In this document: positions 1-9,562 of the stretch, piece by piece
How the letters are laid out: each line of letters starts with the position of its first letter
Position numbering within the stretch: position 1 is the stretch's first letter
NCBI GenBank assembly: GCA_017993715.1
Contig: JAGOME010000002.1
Span: forward strand, 41,429-105,428
Source of the DNA: Phycicoccus sp.
GTDB taxonomy: Bacteria > Actinomycetota > Actinomycetes > Actinomycetales > Dermatophilaceae
DNA length: 64,000 nucleotides
Direction: 5' to 3'
Translations under genes and position numbers: made by a program
The notes under the pieces: model-generated
What the model saw: only the letters and a program-made list of their open reading frames with translations
Told to the model about the DNA's origin: nothing
The model's database searches: none

Positions 1-1
1 G

Positions 2-157
2 GCGTTGCGCGTGCAGATGGCCCGCCGATTCCACAACCAAGCGGTGCGGGAGGTGCGGCGGGTGCGGGCCAAACGCGTCGTGCGGGTCTTCCATCTGGCC
101 GGACATGCCGCCCTCCCTGAGCCGGTGGAGTTCGACGACGCCCTGCCCGCCGCCTGA
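2..157 (+). CDS. hypothetical protein, C-terminal end only (gene begins left of the window)
   Basis: An open frame with G/C-rich third positions enters from the window edge and stops at TGA 155-157 (...ARRFHNQAVREVRRVRAKRVVRVFHLAGHAALPEPVEFDDALPAA). No family recognised. Confidence 0.4.
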   Translation, partial: ALRVQMARRFHNQAVREVRRVRAKRVVRVFHLAGHAALPEPVEFDDALPAA

Positions 158-194
158 TCCCGCCAGCGCGCAACTATGCTGTCAGCGCCCCATT

Positions 195-212
195 CGCGGA
201 GAAATCTCCGCG
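195..212. promoter_or_regulatory. 18-bp palindrome cgcggaga-aa-tctccgcg upstream of pdxS (operator or small hairpin, function unknown)
   Basis: Perfect 8+8 inverted repeat read directly, 28 nt upstream of the pdxS ATG and 38 nt after the upstream stop codon. Confidence 0.25.
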
Positions 213-239
213 TAGAGAACTCAAAGGACCTTCCCCGAC

Positions 240-1142
240 ATGACCACTGACCCCATCGCGCCCAGCCTCGGTACAACCCGCGTCAAGCGCGGCATGGCCG
301 AGATGCTCAAGGGCGGCGTCATCATGGACGTCGTCACGCCCGAGCAGGCCAAGATCGCCGAGGATGCCGGCGCCGTGGCCGTCATGGCGCTGGAGCGGGT
401 GCCCGCCGACATCCGCGCCCAGGGCGGAGTCTCTCGGATGAGCGACCCCGACATGATCGACGGCATCATCGCCGCCGTGTCGATCCCGGTCATGGCCAAG
501 GCGCGCATCGGTCACTTCGTCGAGGCCCAGGTGCTCCAGAGCCTCGGGGTCGACTACATCGACGAGTCTGAGGTGCTGACCCCGGCCGACTATGCCAACC
601 ACATCGACAAGTGGGCGTTCACGGTGCCCTTCGTCTGTGGCGCGACCAACCTGGGTGAGGCCCTGCGCCGGATCACCGAGGGCGCAGCCATGATCCGGTC
701 CAAGGGCGAGGCCGGGACCGGGGACGTCTCCAACGCCACGACGCACATGCGCTCGATCCGCGGCGAGATCAACCGCCTGCGGTCGATGAGCCCCGACGAG
801 CTCTATGTCGCTGCCAAGGAGCTGCAGGCCCCCTACGACCTGGTCAAGGAGATCGCCCAGACCGGCAAGCTCCCCGTCGTCATGTTCACCGCCGGCGGGA
901 TCGCGACCCCCGCCGACGCCGCGATGATGATGCAGTTGGGCGCCGAGGGCGTCTTCGTCGGGTCAGGGATCTTCAAGTCCGGCAACCCGGCGGAGCGCGC
1001 CGCTGCGATCGTCAAGGCGACCACCTTCCACGACGACCCCGACGTCATTGCCCAGGTCTCGCGTGGACTGGGCGAGGCGATGGTCGGGATCAATGTCGAC
1101 GACCTGCCAGTCTCGCACCGGCTCGCCGAGCGCGGCTGGTAG
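240..1142 (+). CDS. pdxS: pyridoxal 5'-phosphate synthase, lyase subunit PdxS
   Basis: 300-aa ORF with hallmark PdxS/SNZ sequence ([46 protein letters not shown]...[11 protein letters not shown]). Confidence 0.97.
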   Translation: MTTDPIAPSLGTTRVKRGMAEMLKGGVIMDVVTPEQAKIAEDAGAVAVMALERVPADIRAQGGVSRMSDPDMIDGIIAAVSIPVMAKARIGHFVEAQVLQSLGVDYIDESEVLTPADYANHIDKWAFTVPFVCGATNLGEALRRITEGAAMIRSKGEAGTGDVSNATTHMRSIRGEINRLRSMSPDELYVAAKELQAPYDLVKEIAQTGKLPVVMFTAGGIATPADAAMMMQLGAEGVFVGSGIFKSGNPAERAAAIVKATTFHDDPDVIAQVSRGLGEAMVGINVDDLPVSHRLAERGW

Positions 1143-1168
1143 TCGCCACGGTCGGTAAGGCAGCGTCA

Positions 1169-1205
1169 GCGGGCGGCATTCGGAGCGGATCCGAATTCCG
1201 CCCGC
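1169..1205. terminator. stem-loop between convergent pdxS and the SDR gene (bidirectional terminator candidate)
   Basis: gcgggcgg(cattcgga)...(tccgaatt)ccgcccgc has an 8-bp perfect outer stem plus a mostly paired inner stem. It lies in the 93-nt convergent gap. Confidence 0.5.
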
Positions 1206-1235
1206 GGTGCATGAGCGAGGGCAACGGCCTGTTCG

Positions 1236-1892
1236 TCACGTCGGCAAGGTGGCGAACCACTCCTGGATCGGCACATCACCGGCCCCAATGATCAGGGTGC
1301 GTCCTACGGTCACGGGCTCGGCCAAGGCACTGACGATGATGTCGGCGACGAGGCCTCGCGGCGCGTGATCGCCGTCGTCCCGCGTGGCCTGCGGGTTGAC
1401 TCGTCCCGTGCTCGGGTCATCGTTCAGCGGTCCCGGGCCGAGGATGGTCCAGTCGAGACTCGAGGCGCGCAGGTGCTTGTCGGCGGCGATCTTGGCATCC
1501 GCGTAAGGCCGGAACGGGTCGTCCTGCGCCACGAGGTACGTCGGGTCGGCGCCGGAGAAGCTCACCATGACGTACCGGGAGACCCCGGCCTGAACGCAGG
1601 CATCCATGGATCGCATCGCGGCATCCCGATCAACGGCCCGGGTCCGGGCCGGGTCACCACCCCCGGCTCCGGCGGCCCACACGACGGCATCCTGACCGGC
1701 GAACAGGTCTGCCAGCTCCGCCGTGGAGGCGTCCTCGACGCTGGCCAGGCGAGGGACTGCGCCCGTGTGGGCCACGTCGTCTGCGTGCTGGGGATTGCGG
1801 ATGAGCGAGGTCACCGTGTGTCCCGCAGTGACCAGCCGTGGTGCGAGCTGCAGGGCCACCTTGCCGTGCCCCCCGATGATCGTGACCTTCAT
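1236..1892 (-). CDS. NAD(P)H-binding (atypical SDR / NmrA-like) oxidoreductase
   Basis: 218 aa with an N-terminal Rossmann motif (MKVTIIGGHGKVALQLAPRLVTAGHTVTSLIRNP). Confidence 0.75.
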   Translation of the reverse strand: MKVTIIGGHGKVALQLAPRLVTAGHTVTSLIRNPQHADDVAHTGAVPRLASVEDASTAELADLFAGQDAVVWAAGAGGGDPARTRAVDRDAAMRSMDACVQAGVSRYVMVSFSGADPTYLVAQDDPFRPYADAKIAADKHLRASSLDWTILGPGPLNDDPSTGRVNPQATRDDGDHAPRGLVADIIVSALAEPVTVGRTLIIGAGDVPIQEWFATLPT

Positions 1893-1954
1893 GCTTGTGC
1901 CTTCCTGAATGCTGTCCGGTCAATGCCACGTTGCCACACTGGGCACAGAGCGGC

Positions 1955-2596
1955 TTAACTCGGCGGGTGGGCCCAGCCGGTGATGAGGGCTCGCAGGCCG
2001 CGATCAAACTGCGCGTCCGGTGCCACGTCATACCCCTGCATGAGGGCCCCGAGCAGGTAAGGATGCGAGGCCGGGGACACCGACGCCAGCGCTGCAGCGA
2101 TCTGCTCTTGCCCGCCGGGTCGCGTGAGCGTCGTCTCGGCGAGCAACTTGCCGATCGTGAAGCCGGAGAGGCAGTCCAGCAGCGGCATAGCCTCGCCCGC
2201 CGGTAAGCCGGCCTCTCCCAGCCGCTGCACCGTGCTCTCCATCAAGGCCAGCTGAGCGACGGTGGTCGCTGGCCGGCTGCCGAGGATCGCGACGGCCCCT
2301 GGGTGGGCACGCAGTTGGTCGCGCAGGCTGCTGAAGAGGCCGAACAGCAGGTCCGGCCACGTCTCCCCGGCCACGGGCGGCGGCATTCGCACGCCTGCCC
2401 ACAGGTGATCGAGCACTCCCTCCAGGACGGCGGCCTTGTTCGGGAGGTGGTAGTAGACCGCCATCGGGTCGACGCTGAGCCGTTGCCCGAGGCGGCGCAT
2501 GGTCAGCGCATCCACCCCATCGGTGTCGATGATCTCCAGGGCTGCGGCCACGATGTCCGCACGCGTCAGCGGCGTGCGTCGCGGGGGACTGGGCAC
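1955..2596 (-). CDS. TetR/AcrR family transcriptional regulator
   Basis: 213 aa with an N-terminal TetR HTH (IVAAALEIIDTDGVDALTMRRLGQRLSVDPMAVYYHLPNK). Confidence 0.85.
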   Translation of the reverse strand: MPSPPRRTPLTRADIVAAALEIIDTDGVDALTMRRLGQRLSVDPMAVYYHLPNKAAVLEGVLDHLWAGVRMPPPVAGETWPDLLFGLFSSLRDQLRAHPGAVAILGSRPATTVAQLALMESTVQRLGEAGLPAGEAMPLLDCLSGFTIGKLLAETTLTRPGGQEQIAAALASVSPASHPYLLGALMQGYDVAPDAQFDRGLRALITGWAHPPS

Positions 2597-2608
2597 GGCG
2601 TCACTGTC

Positions 2609-3526
2609 TCACGCACCGCTCAGGTCGCGGTGCTGCGGGCGGGTAAAGAACAGCTCGCGGTCGCGCCAGACGACGACGGCGGCCACGACGAGCAGCAGAC
2701 CGGTCTGGATGATCTTGGTGTCCGGGTCTGTCAGGAAGATCTCGTTGACCAGGTTGGCGGTCAGGTGGAAGACGATGGGGATGAGGATGCTGCGCCCGCC
2801 ACGGAAATACAGCCAGTTCATCAGGAGGACGAACGCCACCATCGACAGCGGGAAGTTGAGCACCTGCAGGAAGCCTTGCTCGACGACTTCCTGGTGGTAG
2901 TAGCCCTTGATGAACCCGAGCGGGAGGTGCCACAGAGCCCAGATCACGGTGAACAGCATCGAAGCGGAGAAGACGCGCATCCGGCGCACCAGCGTGTCAG
3001 TGCCGTAGCCGTGCCAGGCCAGCTCCTCAAGGATTGCGGCGCCGATGAGCGTCACCCAGACCGGCAGGACGCCGGCGGTGAACGTCCAGCCCCCTCGGAA
3101 CTGGAACTGCTCGGGCGACGCGCCGAAGAGCACGGAGATCGCCGTCGCCAGCTCAATGCTGGCCAGCAGGAGCAGGAAGGTTGCCGCGAGGATGGACCAG
3201 GGCACCTGGCGAGGCCAGCGAAGTCGGGCGGCGATGTCCGCGCGCAGCTCGGGACGGTTGCGCACGAGCCACGCGACCACCAGGACGGGGGCGATGAGTC
3301 CGGCCAGCCCGAATGCCGCCGTCCCCGTGCGGACCAGATCCGTCTGGTTGTCCAGGTTGCTCAGGTATGCCGCGGCGAACCAGAACGCCCAGGGCCAGGC
3401 CGTGGCAAGGACGTAGAACAGGACCGGCCGGTTGTAGCCCTGCACGACGTCGCTGATGCCGCGCTCGTCATCCGGTCGGGTGTGGTCGGGGGTGAATGCC
3501 GTGTCGCTCTGGTCTGCCTGATGCAT
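2609..3526 (-). CDS. CPBP family intramembrane glutamic endopeptidase (CAAX protease / Abi family)
   Basis: Multi-TM protein with CPBP motifs (ILEELAWHGY...WALWHLP...FHLTANL). I start it at MHQADQ (ATG at 3526). The 123 upstream codons of the tracked ORF run antisense into the pdxT region. Confidence 0.75.
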   Translation of the reverse strand: MHQADQSDTAFTPDHTRPDDERGISDVVQGYNRPVLFYVLATAWPWAFWFAAAYLSNLDNQTDLVRTGTAAFGLAGLIAPVLVVAWLVRNRPELRADIAARLRWPRQVPWSILAATFLLLLASIELATAISVLFGASPEQFQFRGGWTFTAGVLPVWVTLIGAAILEELAWHGYGTDTLVRRMRVFSASMLFTVIWALWHLPLGFIKGYYHQEVVEQGFLQVLNFPLSMVAFVLLMNWLYFRGGRSILIPIVFHLTANLVNEIFLTDPDTKIIQTGLLLVVAAVVVWRDRELFFTRPQHRDLSGA

Positions 3527-3601
3527 GGGAGCCGCTCCTCTACGTTGTAGAAACGACGCTACGCCGGAGTCTCTCTCGTGCGGGGCGCTTTGACGTCGGG
3601 G

Positions 3602-3637
3602 ACGACCCGGACGTGACCCGGAGGTGACCCGGAGGTG
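3602..3637. repeat. 11-nt phased direct repeats (GACCCGGA x3; gtgacccggag x2 perfect) in the divergent CPBP/pdxT intergenic region
   Basis: Read directly: gacccgga at 3604, 3615 and 3626, a period of 11 nt (one helical turn). Confidence 0.6.
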
Positions 3638-3674
3638 CCGCAGATGGCAGCACACGGCATACGATGGACGGCTT

Positions 3675-4289
3675 GTGAGCCCTCTCATCGGTGTCCTGGC
3701 CGTCCAAGGCGACGTCCGCGAACATGCCCACGCCCTCAAAGCCGTGGGCGCCGACGTCGTTCTCGTCCGCCGCCCCGCGGAGGTGGCCGCGATCGACGGC
3801 CTCGTCCTGCCCGGCGGGGAGTCGACAACGATCGACAAGCTCGTGCGGGCCTTCGACCTGCAGGCACCACTGCGCGAACGGATTGCCTCGGGCATGCCGG
3901 TCTACGGATCCTGCGCCGGGATGATCATGCTCGCCGACCGCATCACCGACGGGCGCCCCGACCAGGAGACGCTGGGCGGCATGGACATGACCGTCCGGCG
4001 CAATGCGTTCGGTCGACAGGTGGACTCCTTCGAGGAAGACCTGCATATTCGCGAGCTCGGACCCGAGCCCTTGCGGGCTGTCTTCATCCGAGCCCCATGG
4101 GTCGAGGAGGTGGGCGATGCTGTCACCGTCCTGGCCAAGGTGGAGGCCGGACCGGCCGCGGGTAGGATCGTCGCGGCCCGGCAGGGGTCCCTTCTGGTGA
4201 CCTCCTTCCACCCCGAAGTCACGGGGGACACCCGGGTCCACCGGTACTTCACCGAGATCGTCACGCAGCAGATCAGGGAGCGTTCATGA
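3675..4289 (+). CDS. pdxT: pyridoxal 5'-phosphate synthase, glutaminase subunit PdxT
   Basis: [17 protein letters not shown]...LPGGESTT...GSCAGMIML...SFHPE. GTG start at 3675 chosen from homolog N-termini. TACGAT (3660-3665) could be a -10 box for a near-leaderless transcript. Confidence 0.9.
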   Translation: MSPLIGVLAVQGDVREHAHALKAVGADVVLVRRPAEVAAIDGLVLPGGESTTIDKLVRAFDLQAPLRERIASGMPVYGSCAGMIMLADRITDGRPDQETLGGMDMTVRRNAFGRQVDSFEEDLHIRELGPEPLRAVFIRAPWVEEVGDAVTVLAKVEAGPAAGRIVAARQGSLLVTSFHPEVTGDTRVHRYFTEIVTQQIRERS

Positions 4290-5041
4290 GCGGCCACTCC
4301 AAGTGGGCGACCACCAAGCACAAGAAGGCGGCCATTGACGCCAAGCGCGGCAAGCTGTTTGCCAAGCTGATCAAGAACATCGAGGTCGCGGCGCGCACCG
4401 GTGGGGGCGACATCGCCGGGAACCCGACGCTGTACGACGCGGTCCAGAAGGCCAAGAAGTCCTCGGTGCCCAACGACAACATCGACCGCGCCGTCAAGCG
4501 CGGCTCGGGGGCCGAGGCCGGCGGGGCCGACTGGCAGACCATTACCTACGAGGGCTACGCCCCCGGTGGGGTCGCCGTGCTCATCGAGTGCCTGACCGAC
4601 AACCGCAACCGGGCCGCGGCCGAGGTGCGGACCGCACTGACCCGCAACGGCGGCAACCTCGCCGATCCCGGATCGGTGGCCTACGTCTTCGACCGCAAGG
4701 GCGTCGTCATCGTGCCCAAGGGCGAGAAGTCCGAGGACGACCTGCTCGAGATCGTGCTGGACGCCGGCGCCGAGGAGGTCAACGACAACGGGGACACCTG
4801 GGAGATCGTGTCCGAGGCGACCGACTTCGTCGCGGTGCGCAGCGCCTTGCAGGAGGCTGGCGTCGACTACGACTCGGCCGAGGCGTCCTGGGTCCCCAAC
4901 CTGCAGGTCCCGCTCGACCTGGACGGCGCCAAGAAGATGATCCGCGTCATCGAGGCTCTCGAGGACTCCGACGACGTCCAGGACGTCTTCGCCAACGGCG
5001 ACATCCCCGACGACGTGCTCGCTCTGCTCGACGAGGAGTGA
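4286..5041 (+). CDS. yebC: YebC/PmpR family DNA-binding transcriptional regulator
   Basis: [41 protein letters not shown] overlap with the pdxT stop. Confidence 0.95.
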   Translation: MSGHSKWATTKHKKAAIDAKRGKLFAKLIKNIEVAARTGGGDIAGNPTLYDAVQKAKKSSVPNDNIDRAVKRGSGAEAGGADWQTITYEGYAPGGVAVLIECLTDNRNRAAAEVRTALTRNGGNLADPGSVAYVFDRKGVVIVPKGEKSEDDLLEIVLDAGAEEVNDNGDTWEIVSEATDFVAVRSALQEAGVDYDSAEASWVPNLQVPLDLDGAKKMIRVIEALEDSDDVQDVFANGDIPDDVLALLDEE

Positions 5042-5158
5042 CGTCCCCGGCGTGTTGCTGGGGACCGGTCGGTCCAGGTCGGTACGGTGGTTCACCGAAC
5101 AGGTGTTCGCCATCGGACCCGAATGCCGTGGGCTAACCGACCCGGAAAGGACCTCCCC

Positions 5159-5671
5159 GTGCGCGTGCTCGGCGTCGATCCCGGCCTGACCCGCTGCGGT
5201 CTGGGCGTGGTCGACGGTCGACCCGGCCGGGCAAGCATGGTCGCGGTCGGCGTCGTGCGAACCCCGAGCACGGGGGACCCGGGGGAGCGGCTCGTTTTTC
5301 TTGAGCGTGAGCTCGAGTCCTGGCTGGAGCGGTTCGCTCCGGACGTCATGGCGATCGAGCGGGTCTTCGCGGACGTCAACGTCCAGAGCGTGATGACAAC
5401 CGCGCACGCGACCGCGATCGCACTGCTTACCGCAGCCAAGCGCGGCATTCCGGTGCATTTCCATACCCCGACAGAGGTCAAGGCCGCCGTGACCGGCACC
5501 GGTCGGGCCGACAAGAACCAGGTGACCGCCATGGTGACGCGGATCCTCGGCCTCGATCAGGCCCCCAAGCCCGCGGATGCGGCCGACGCTCTCGCCTTGG
5601 CGATCTGCCACGTGTGGCGGGGCGCTGCGACGACCCGCCTGACCGAGCTCGCCCAGGCGGCCCGCCGATGA
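5159..5671 (+). CDS. ruvC: crossover junction endodeoxyribonuclease RuvC
   Basis: [23 protein letters not shown] start preceded by GGAAAGGA. Confidence 0.93.
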   Translation: MRVLGVDPGLTRCGLGVVDGRPGRASMVAVGVVRTPSTGDPGERLVFLERELESWLERFAPDVMAIERVFADVNVQSVMTTAHATAIALLTAAKRGIPVHFHTPTEVKAAVTGTGRADKNQVTAMVTRILGLDQAPKPADAADALALAICHVWRGAATTRLTELAQAARR

Positions 5672-6273
5672 TCGCCTCCGTCCGTGGCACGGTCACCCAT
5701 GTGGGTCTGGACCGGACGGTCGTCGAGGTCGGGGGGGTTGGGATGCTGCTGCACACCACGCCCGGCACGGCTGCGGCCCATCGCACCGGCGAGGAAGCGC
5801 TGTTCGCCACCAGTCTGATCGTGCGTGAGGACTCCTTGACGTTGTTCGGTTTCGGCTCTCCGGCCGAGCGGGACATGTTCGACACGCTGCAATCGGTGTC
5901 GGGGGTCGGGCCCCGACTCGCCCTGGCCATGCTGTCGGTCATGGGACCCGAGGAGCTGCGCCTTGCCCTGTCCGGTGGCGACACCAAGGCCCTGACCAAG
6001 GTCCCCGGTGTCGGTCCAAAGTCCGCTCAACGTCTCGTCCTGGAGCTGCGCGACAAGATGGGCCGGCTGCCCGGGACCGCCGACCTACCCCTCGCACCGA
6101 CGCCGTCCACCGGCAGCATTGGTTGGCGGGATCAGGTCACCGAGGCGCTGACCGGGCTGGGCTGGTCGACCAAGCAGGCCGCCGATGCCGTCGAGTCGGT
6201 GGCGGCGTCGGCTCCCGCCGACTCGCCAATCGCCACCTACCTGCGGCTCGCTCTCAAGGAGCTGCGCCGATGA
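5668..6273 (+). CDS. ruvA: Holliday junction branch migration complex subunit RuvA
   Basis: MIASVRGTV..., HhH motifs ([29 protein letters not shown]). ATGA overlap with ruvC. Confidence 0.95.
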   Translation: MIASVRGTVTHVGLDRTVVEVGGVGMLLHTTPGTAAAHRTGEEALFATSLIVREDSLTLFGFGSPAERDMFDTLQSVSGVGPRLALAMLSVMGPEELRLALSGGDTKALTKVPGVGPKSAQRLVLELRDKMGRLPGTADLPLAPTPSTGSIGWRDQVTEALTGLGWSTKQAADAVESVAASAPADSPIATYLRLALKELRR

Positions 6274-7379
6274 CGGCCGACGGCTACCGCAGCGAGATCC
6301 GCGAGGCCGACGGATCGTTCGAGGCCACCGCGCGCATCGTCGATGCGGACTCTTCGTCCGACGACGAGCGGATCGTCGAGGCCGCGCTGCGACCCAAACG
6401 GCTGGCCGAGTTCCCGGGACAGCCACGGGTGCGCGATCAACTCGGACTGGTCCTGGAGGCCGCTCGTCGGCGGGGGAGTCCGCCTGACCACGTCCTGTTG
6501 TCGGGGCCTCCTGGACTGGGCAAGACCACCTTGGCCATGATCGTGGCCGCGGAGCTCGAACGGCCCATCCGGATCACGAGCGGCCCGGCGATCCAGCACG
6601 CGGGGGATCTGGCCGCCGTCTTGTCGTCCTTGGACGAAGGCGAGGTGCTGTTCCTCGACGAGATCCACCGGATGAGCCGCTCCGCCGAGGAGATGCTCTA
6701 CCTGGCGATGGAGGACTTCCGGGTCGACGTGATCGTCGGCAAGGGCCCTGGTGCCACGGCCATCCCGCTTGAGCTGCCGCCGTTCACCGTCGTCGGAGCC
6801 ACCACCCGGGCGGGGCTGCTGCCGGCGCCGTTGCGGGATCGCTTCGGCTTCACCGGCCACCTCGACTACTACATCCCCGCCGACTTGGTGCTCATCCTGC
6901 GCCGATCGGCACGGCTGCTCGGTGTGGACGCCGACCCCAGCGGCATCGCCGAGATCGCCGGCCGGTCCCGGGGCACCCCTCGGATCGCCAACCGGCTGCT
7001 GCGCCGCGTCCGGGACTGGGCTCAGGTGCACGGCGACGGAGCCGTCGACCTCGGGGCGGCCCGCGCCGCCCTTGCCCTTTTTGATGTCGATGATGCGGGC
7101 CTGGACCGGCTCGACCGCGCCGTCCTGGAGGCCCTGTGCCGCCGGTTCGGGGGAGGGCCGGTCGGTCTGTCGACGCTCGCAGTCGCGGTCGGCGAGGAAG
7201 CTGACACCGTCGAGACCGTCGCCGAGCCGTATTTGGTCAGGGAAGGGTTCATGGTGCGGACCCCGCGGGGGCGGGCGGCCGCGGCCCGGGCGTGGGCGCA
7301 TCTGGGCCTCACGCCACCCAAGGATGCCCCGCCCCAAGGCACGTTCGTGTTCGACGACGCAACCGGCCGTCTGGGCTGA
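6270..7379 (+). CDS. ruvB: Holliday junction DNA helicase RuvB
   Basis: Walker [12 protein letters not shown] and Walker [13 protein letters not shown] overlap with ruvA. Confidence 0.96.
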   Translation: MTADGYRSEIREADGSFEATARIVDADSSSDDERIVEAALRPKRLAEFPGQPRVRDQLGLVLEAARRRGSPPDHVLLSGPPGLGKTTLAMIVAAELERPIRITSGPAIQHAGDLAAVLSSLDEGEVLFLDEIHRMSRSAEEMLYLAMEDFRVDVIVGKGPGATAIPLELPPFTVVGATTRAGLLPAPLRDRFGFTGHLDYYIPADLVLILRRSARLLGVDADPSGIAEIAGRSRGTPRIANRLLRRVRDWAQVHGDGAVDLGAARAALALFDVDDAGLDRLDRAVLEALCRRFGGGPVGLSTLAVAVGEEADTVETVAEPYLVREGFMVRTPRGRAAAARAWAHLGLTPPKDAPPQGTFVFDDATGRLG

Positions 7380-7402
7380 TCCGGTCACCTAGAATGACAA
7401 AA

Positions 7403-7423
7403 CGGCCCGGGGCTCCCGGGCCG
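7403..7423. terminator. 9-bp perfect GC hairpin (cggcccggg-gct-cccgggccg) between ruvB and yajC
   Basis: Read directly. It is flanked by acaaaa on the 5' side, so the U-tract is on the minus-strand reading. Confidence 0.45.
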
Positions 7424-7475
7424 CACCCGCGTGCAATCTGGACGGCGCGGGCCCCCAACCGTGAGGACACCTCCG

Positions 7476-7778
7476 ATGCCCACTGGCGGAACCGGCAGCC
7501 TTCTGCTGCTCGCCCTGCCCCTGATCCTGCTCGTCTTCCTCATGTGGAGCCAACGCCGCCGGATGCGCGAGCAGGAGCGCATTCAGGCCGGCCTGCAGGT
7601 CGGCCAGGAGGTCATGACGAGTTCCGGGATGTACGGCCGGCTTGTCGGGCTTGAGGATGCGGTGGCGACAATCGAGGTCGCCCCCGGGGTGCAGGTGCGC
7701 TTCGACCGTCGTGCGGTCACGGTGCCGCCGGCCGGACGGCCTTCGCCTGAGGCGCCCGCCTCGGGCGAGGACCAGTAA
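7476..7778 (+). CDS. yajC: preprotein translocase subunit YajC
   Basis: 100 aa with a single TM followed by the YajC core (VMTSSGMYGRLVGLEDAVATIEVAPGVQVRFDRRAV). Lies upstream of secD. Confidence 0.9.
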   Translation: MPTGGTGSLLLLALPLILLVFLMWSQRRRMREQERIQAGLQVGQEVMTSSGMYGRLVGLEDAVATIEVAPGVQVRFDRRAVTVPPAGRPSPEAPASGEDQ

Positions 7779-9562
7779 TGGCCAAGGCGCGCGCCAAAGG
7801 CACCGGCCCCCGCAATGCTCTGCTGGCCACCCTGGCTATCGTCATTGCCCTCGTGGGGCTGCTGCTCGGCACCCACCAGTGGTCGAATGCCGCGCTGACC
7901 CCCAAGTTGGGTTTGGATCTCGAGGGCGGCACCCAAATGGTGTTGTCGGCCCGACTCGAGGGCTCCGACACGGTCTCTCCCGAGCAGCTCAGCCAGGCGC
8001 GCGACATCATCGTCCAGCGCGTCGACGCCGGCGGCATCAGCGGCGCCGAGGTCACCACTCAGGGTGACCGCAACATCGTGGTCAGCATCCCAGGGACGCC
8101 CAGCGAGGAGACGCTCAACGCAATTCAGCGCTCCTCGGAGCTGGTCTTCCGGCCTGTCCTCGCGGTAGGAGCAGGCGGCGTCAACCCCAGCGCGAGCCCA
8201 TCAGCCACCGCATCCGGCGACGCGTCGGCGAGCCCCACGCCCGAAGCGTCGGCGGCCAACCCGTCAGCGTCGGCCTCTCCCGAAGCCAGCGCCTCGACGC
8301 AAGCCAGCGCCTCGGCTGAGCCGTCGGCGACGGCTGAGCCGTCGGCGACAGGGGAGACCTCGGCGACGGCCAGCCCATCCCCGACCGCGTCCGACGCCGC
8401 GCTGCCGTCCCCAGGGACCGACGCGACGAGCATGGAGTGGATCACGCCGGCGATCCAGCAGCAGTTCGTCGACCTCAACTGCCTCGCGCCCGATGCGCTT
8501 GACTCTCTCGTCGACGACCGCACCCTGCCCCTGGTGACCTGCGACGAGAGCGGCGCGACCAAGTACATTCTCGGCCCGGTCGTCGTGGCCGGTTCCGAGA
8601 TCTCCGACGCGGTGGCGGGCTACCAGCCGCTCCCCAATGGACAGCCCGGCACGACCGTCGAGATCGCACTCTCGCTGGACTCTGAGGGCACCACCAAGTA
8701 CGCCGAGATCTCCAAAACCATGGTTGCCCTGGCCGAGCCCAACAACCAGCTCGCGGCCGCGCTCGACTCGCGCGTCATCGTGGCGCCCCGCTTCAACGAG
8801 GCCATCCTTGACGGCCGAGCCAGCATCACCGGTGGCTTCACCATCGAGTCGGCTCGCTCCCTGGCACAGCAGTTGAAGTTCGGTGCCCTGCCCACCTCGT
8901 TCGACCTGCAGACGCGTGAGCAGATCAGTCCGACCCTGGGCTCCGAGCAGCTGCGCTACGGCCTGATCGCCGGGCTGATCGGCTTGCTCCTCGTCGTGGT
9001 GTACTCGGTCTTCCAGTACCGGGTCCTCGGCCTGGTCACCGTCGCCTCGATCGCGCTGGCTGCCCTGCTGACCTACCTGACAATCACCATCATGGGCTGG
9101 GCCTACAACTACCGCCTCGACATGGCGGGAGTGACAGGTCTGATCGTCGCCATCGGCTTCACCGCCGACTCGTTCATCGTCTACTTCGAGCGAGTCCGAG
9201 ACGAGCTGCGCGCCGGACGGGCACTGGAGAGTGCCGTCGCCACCGGGTGGGATCGAGCCAAACGGACCATCCTGATCGCTGACGGGGTCAACTTCCTCGC
9301 GGCCGGTGTCCTCTATCTGCTGGCCTCATCGAACGTGCGCGGCTTTGCCTTCACGCTCGGCCTGACCACGCTGATCGACGTCCTGCTCGTCTTCCTCTTC
9401 ACTCACCCGGTCGTCGCCGTGCTCGCCCGCCGCCCCTTCTTCCGAGATGGCCACGCCTGGTCCGGGCTGGACCCGCGACGACTCGGCGCCATCTCCCGCA
9501 GTTATGCGGGCCGGGGACGATTCACCACGCCGGCCACCGGCAACCACGGAGGTGCGGCATGA
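7778..9562 (+). CDS. secD: protein translocase subunit SecD (with Ala/Ser/Pro-rich periplasmic insertion)
   Basis: 594 aa with C-terminal SecD/SecF TM core (GFTADSFIVYFERVRDE). Start overlaps the yajC stop by 1 nt. Confidence 0.95.
   Translation: MAKARAKGTGPRNALLATLAIVIALVGLLLGTHQWSNAALTPKLGLDLEGGTQMVLSARLEGSDTVSPEQLSQARDIIVQRVDAGGISGAEVTTQGDRNIVVSIPGTPSEETLNAIQRSSELVFRPVLAVGAGGVNPSASPSATASGDASASPTPEASAANPSASASPEASASTQASASAEPSATAEPSATGETSATASPSPTASDAALPSPGTDATSMEWITPAIQQQFVDLNCLAPDALDSLVDDRTLPLVTCDESGATKYILGPVVVAGSEISDAVAGYQPLPNGQPGTTVEIALSLDSEGTTKYAEISKTMVALAEPNNQLAAALDSRVIVAPRFNEAILDGRASITGGFTIESARSLAQQLKFGALPTSFDLQTREQISPTLGSEQLRYGLIAGLIGLLLVVVYSVFQYRVLGLVTVASIALAALLTYLTITIMGWAYNYRLDMAGVTGLIVAIGFTADSFIVYFERVRDELRAGRALESAVATGWDRAKRTILIADGVNFLAAGVLYLLASSNVRGFAFTLGLTTLIDVLLVFLFTHPVVAVLARRPFFRDGHAWSGLDPRRLGAISRSYAGRGRFTTPATGNHGGAA

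Noticed and set aside
3902-5611. 569-aa ORF on the minus strand
   Set aside because: It runs antisense to pdxT, yebC and ruvC, all of which have unmistakable family motifs. Its product is Arg/Gly/Pro/His-rich low complexity with no motifs, which is a typical high-GC shadow ORF.
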